From positions 1 to 38,384 of the forward strand of contig JBKHVI010000025.1 of assembly GCA_046570105.1 (NCBI GenBank): a stretch of 38,384 nucleotides of DNA, in the 5' to 3' direction. The stretch comes from Bacteriovoracia bacterium (lineage in GTDB: Bacteria > Bdellovibrionota > Bacteriovoracia > Bacteriovoracales > Bacteriovoracaceae). Below are positions 36,079 to 38,384 of this stretch, piece after piece. The notes below the pieces were generated by a model that saw only the letters and a program-made list of their open reading frames with translations, searched no databases and was not told where the DNA came from. The position numbers and the translations under genes are program-made. The number at the start of each line of letters is the position of its first letter. Position 1 is the stretch's first letter.

Positions 36079-36094
36079 AGCAAGGCCCGTGCCA
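36079..36094 (-). promoter_or_regulatory. Sigma54 (-24/-12) promoter
   Basis: Minus strand reads TGGCAC-GGGCC-TTGCT, matching TGGCAC-N5-TTGCW, about 50 bp upstream of ATG 36027. Confidence 0.8.
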
Positions 36095-36185
36095 ACTTCT
36101 TGCAATTAAAAGAGTTTTGATGACGCAGCGAAAAGTGTACGAAATCAGTTAGGATTCACGGCATGACTCTTGCGATTCTCACATC

Positions 36186-36227
36186 GGGACAATGAATGTC
36201 CCCTAAATAGTGCCAATCTGGCACCGT
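36186..36227. promoter_or_regulatory. Tandem palindromes, candidate enhancer (UAS) for a sigma54 activator; includes copy 2 of the 24-bp motif
   Basis: GGGACA-ATGAA-TGTCCC (36186-36202) and TAAATAGTGCCAATCTGGCACCGT (36204-36227), dyad centres 23 bp apart, about 90-130 bp upstream of the sigma54 promoter. Confidence 0.55.
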
Positions 36228-36383
36228 AGTCATCATTTGCCGAAACTTTTTGACCCCAGTCTAAGATTATTTCACTCACATTTTGGCCCCACCTGCCGTT
36301 AAGTAGGCAAAACTATTTAACAAGACTTGTTTGTGGGAGTAGAATCGCGAAAATTCCCCTGCATAATTTCGAAAGGAGCCACC

Positions 36384-37646
36384 ATGTCTGAGAAGGCGAA
36401 GCTCATCCTGGGCGACAAAACTATCGAACTTCCCGTCATCACCGGAACCGAAGGTGAGAAGGCGATTGATATAACAAAACTGCGAGCTGAAACCGGTTAT
36501 GTGACACTTGATAGTGGTTACATGAACACCGGTGCTTGTACTTCGAATATTACTTTCCTCGATGGTGAGAAAGGCATTTTGAAGTATCGCGGTTATGAGA
36601 TTGAAGAGCTGGCTGAAAAAAGCACCTTCACTGAAGTTTCGTCATTAGTGATTAATGGCAAGCTTCCTAATGCTGATGAGTTGAAAACATTTGAGAATCG
36701 TATTGCTGCTCACAGCGCGATTCCGACTGCCGTGCAAACCATGATCAAAGCATTTCCCGCCAACGCTCACCCAATGGGTGTGTTGTCGTCAAACTTGGCA
36801 GCACTCTCTGCGTTCTATCCTGATTTGTTGGCACAAGATCTCTCGAGTGATCAGAAAGATGAAGTCATCATTCAATTGATGGGCCAGATGAAAGTGCTCT
36901 CGACCTATGCTTATCGCCATTCACAAGGCCAAGGCTTTATTCAGTCAGATGGCTCTCTTGATTACTGCTCTGACTTTATTCATATGATGACCGGCAAGCC
37001 GGTAGATAAAGAAGTGGCTAAGGCGCTCGATATTCTTTTGATCTTGCATGTGGATCACGAACAGAACTGTTCTACTTCAACTGTTCGTATGGTGGGATCA
37101 AGTAAGGCTAATCCATTTGCCACGGCTTCAGCAGGTGTCGATGCTTTGTGGGGACCACTTCATGGTGGTGCTAACCAAGCCGTGCTTGAAATGCTGGAAG
37201 AGATTAATAAAGAGGGCATTGGCTATAAAGAATTCCTCACGCGCGTGAAAGACAAGAACAGCTCATCTCGTTTGATGGGTTTTGGTCACCGGGTGTATAA
37301 AAACTTCGATCCACGCGCTAAGATTATTAAGAAGGCCTGTGATTCAGTATTGGCGAAACTCGGCGTACAAGATCCGCTCTTAGATATCGCTCGCGGATTA
37401 GAAGAAGTGGCCTTGCAAGATTCATACTTCGTGGAGCGCAAACTCTATCCAAACGTGGATTTCTATTCCGGTATCATTTATCGCGCACTAGGTATTCCAA
37501 CCAATATGTTCACTGTCATGTTCGCCTTAGGCCGCATGCCAGGATGGATGGCGCAGTGGAAAGAGATGCTTGAGGCCCCAGGCTTTAAGATCTGTCGTCC
37601 ACGTCAGATCTATACCGGTGAACTCAATAAGAAGCTCAATCGCTAG
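36384..37646 (+). CDS. gltA: Citrate synthase
   Basis: DGEKGILKYRGY, HPMG, DHEQNCSTS, LWGPLHGGAN, RLMGFGHRVYKNFDPRA, YPNVDFYSG, RPRQIY. ATG at 36384 with AAGGAG RBS. Confidence 0.97.
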   Translation: MSEKAKLILGDKTIELPVITGTEGEKAIDITKLRAETGYVTLDSGYMNTGACTSNITFLDGEKGILKYRGYEIEELAEKSTFTEVSSLVINGKLPNADELKTFENRIAAHSAIPTAVQTMIKAFPANAHPMGVLSSNLAALSAFYPDLLAQDLSSDQKDEVIIQLMGQMKVLSTYAYRHSQGQGFIQSDGSLDYCSDFIHMMTGKPVDKEVAKALDILLILHVDHEQNCSTSTVRMVGSSKANPFATASAGVDALWGPLHGGANQAVLEMLEEINKEGIGYKEFLTRVKDKNSSSRLMGFGHRVYKNFDPRAKIIKKACDSVLAKLGVQDPLLDIARGLEEVALQDSYFVERKLYPNVDFYSGIIYRALGIPTNMFTVMFALGRMPGWMAQWKEMLEAPGFKICRPRQIYTGELNKKLNR

Positions 37647-37648
37647 AT

Positions 37649-38384
37649 TTGAAACTCGCCGAAATACAAAATCATCTCTTGCACCAGTTTGCCTCCGAGG
37701 CAGACTTGGTGCGAGCGATTGATGAAATCTCGACGGCCTTCACGAAAGATCGTGCCAATATTCATAAGTATCTAAATGATCCTCGCTTAGTTTCTGCTTA
37801 CACTATTTTTTATCTCGCCACCAATGTGCCCAAGCTTGCTGCTGTAATGGAGTGGCTCACGCCTGATTTCAGACAAGAGCTTTTGCAGTGTGAGTTGATT
37901 GATGTGGGAGCGGGACCGGGAACATTTAGTTTGGCCTGGAAAAGCTTGGGCGGAAAAACATCCATCATGCTTGAGACTTCAAAACTTATGCGTGAGCAAG
38001 CAGCGAAACTTTTTGAAGGCCTTTATCAAGAGAAGGCGAGTTTTAAATTGGCGCCTAAAACTATTCCGCGCCTAGTGCTGTTTGGTCATTCACTCAATGA
38101 AATGGGAGTGAAAGCGGGACTGGATTATATTCGTGAGGCCAATGCCGACTATGTCTGGCTCATCGAGCCTGGCACTAAAGATGTGTTTAAAATGGCGCTA
38201 GAATTTCGCCGCGAGATGCTGCGCTTAAATTGGAAAATTAATTATCCGTGTCTGGGAATGAGTGCCTGTCCGATGGAGAACAAGGATGATTGGTGTCATC
38301 AGTATGTCGATGTTCGCCATGATGCTGAGGTAGAGCGACTCACGCAATTGGCGCACAAAGATCGTCGACGTTTACCTCTGACTG
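37649..38384 (+). CDS. Rsm22/METTL17-like SAM-dependent methyltransferase, 3'-truncated by the window edge, absent from the ORF track
   Basis: Hand translation from TTG 37649 is open to the end: AY..FY...N, LIDVGAGPGT (SAM motif I), HSLNEM, LIEPGT, YPC-x4-ACPM-x5-WCHQ. Confidence 0.8.
   Translation, partial: MKLAEIQNHLLHQFASEADLVRAIDEISTAFTKDRANIHKYLNDPRLVSAYTIFYLATNVPKLAAVMEWLTPDFRQELLQCELIDVGAGPGTFSLAWKSLGGKTSIMLETSKLMREQAAKLFEGLYQEKASFKLAPKTIPRLVLFGHSLNEMGVKAGLDYIREANADYVWLIEPGTKDVFKMALEFRREMLRLNWKINYPCLGMSACPMENKDDWCHQYVDVRHDAEVERLTQLAHKDRRRLPLT

Noticed and set aside
12772..36383. Longest-ORF starts at 12772, 19121, 24306, 26948, 28358, 36105 and 36327
   Set aside because: Downstream starts have clear RBSs and, for the exported proteins, place the signal peptide at the N-terminus; several extensions run through promoters, terminators or neighbouring genes.
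640..37248. Numerous 60-180-aa ORFs nested in or antisense to the called genes (e.g. 14688-15230, 16758-17171, 35539-35916)
   Set aside because: Shadow frames of well-supported genes, with no RBS or recognisable motifs.

Overview
Gene-dense bacterial chromosomal window. The many exported proteins of unknown function, lipoprotein metzincin, FolE2, Rsm22-like methyltransferase and sigma54 promoter suggest a Bdellovibrionota (Bacteriovorax/Peredibacter-like) predator; this taxonomy is an inference. Housekeeping and stress genes include an ABC permease, DedA, a photolyase apparently lacking Fe-S ligands, AlkB, polyprenyl synthase, glutathione peroxidase, a CrtI-superfamily oxidoreductase, MscS, TonB-ExbB-ExbD, folE2, TolC-RND-TetR, an ABC1/UbiB kinase, nadD, sfsA and gltA. 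Interspersed are several uncharacterised modules: (i) an outer-membrane beta-barrel plus giant lipoprotein metzincin; (ii) five co-oriented exported-protein genes (24321-28966), including a gluzincin protease and two paralogues built as signal peptide / helical domain / GASW motif / hydrophobic helix / Gly-Ser linker / Tyr-Trp-rich C-x5-C-x13-14-C-x5-C tail; (iii) an AT-rich three-gene surface-glycosylation island; (iv) a sigma54-driven exported repeat protein whose upstream region shares a 24-bp palindromic motif with that of the paralogue pair. Two ORFs absent from the ORF track were found (45-aa membrane peptide at 24055; Rsm22-like gene at 37649). No rRNA, tRNA, CRISPR array, integrase or transposase was recognised.
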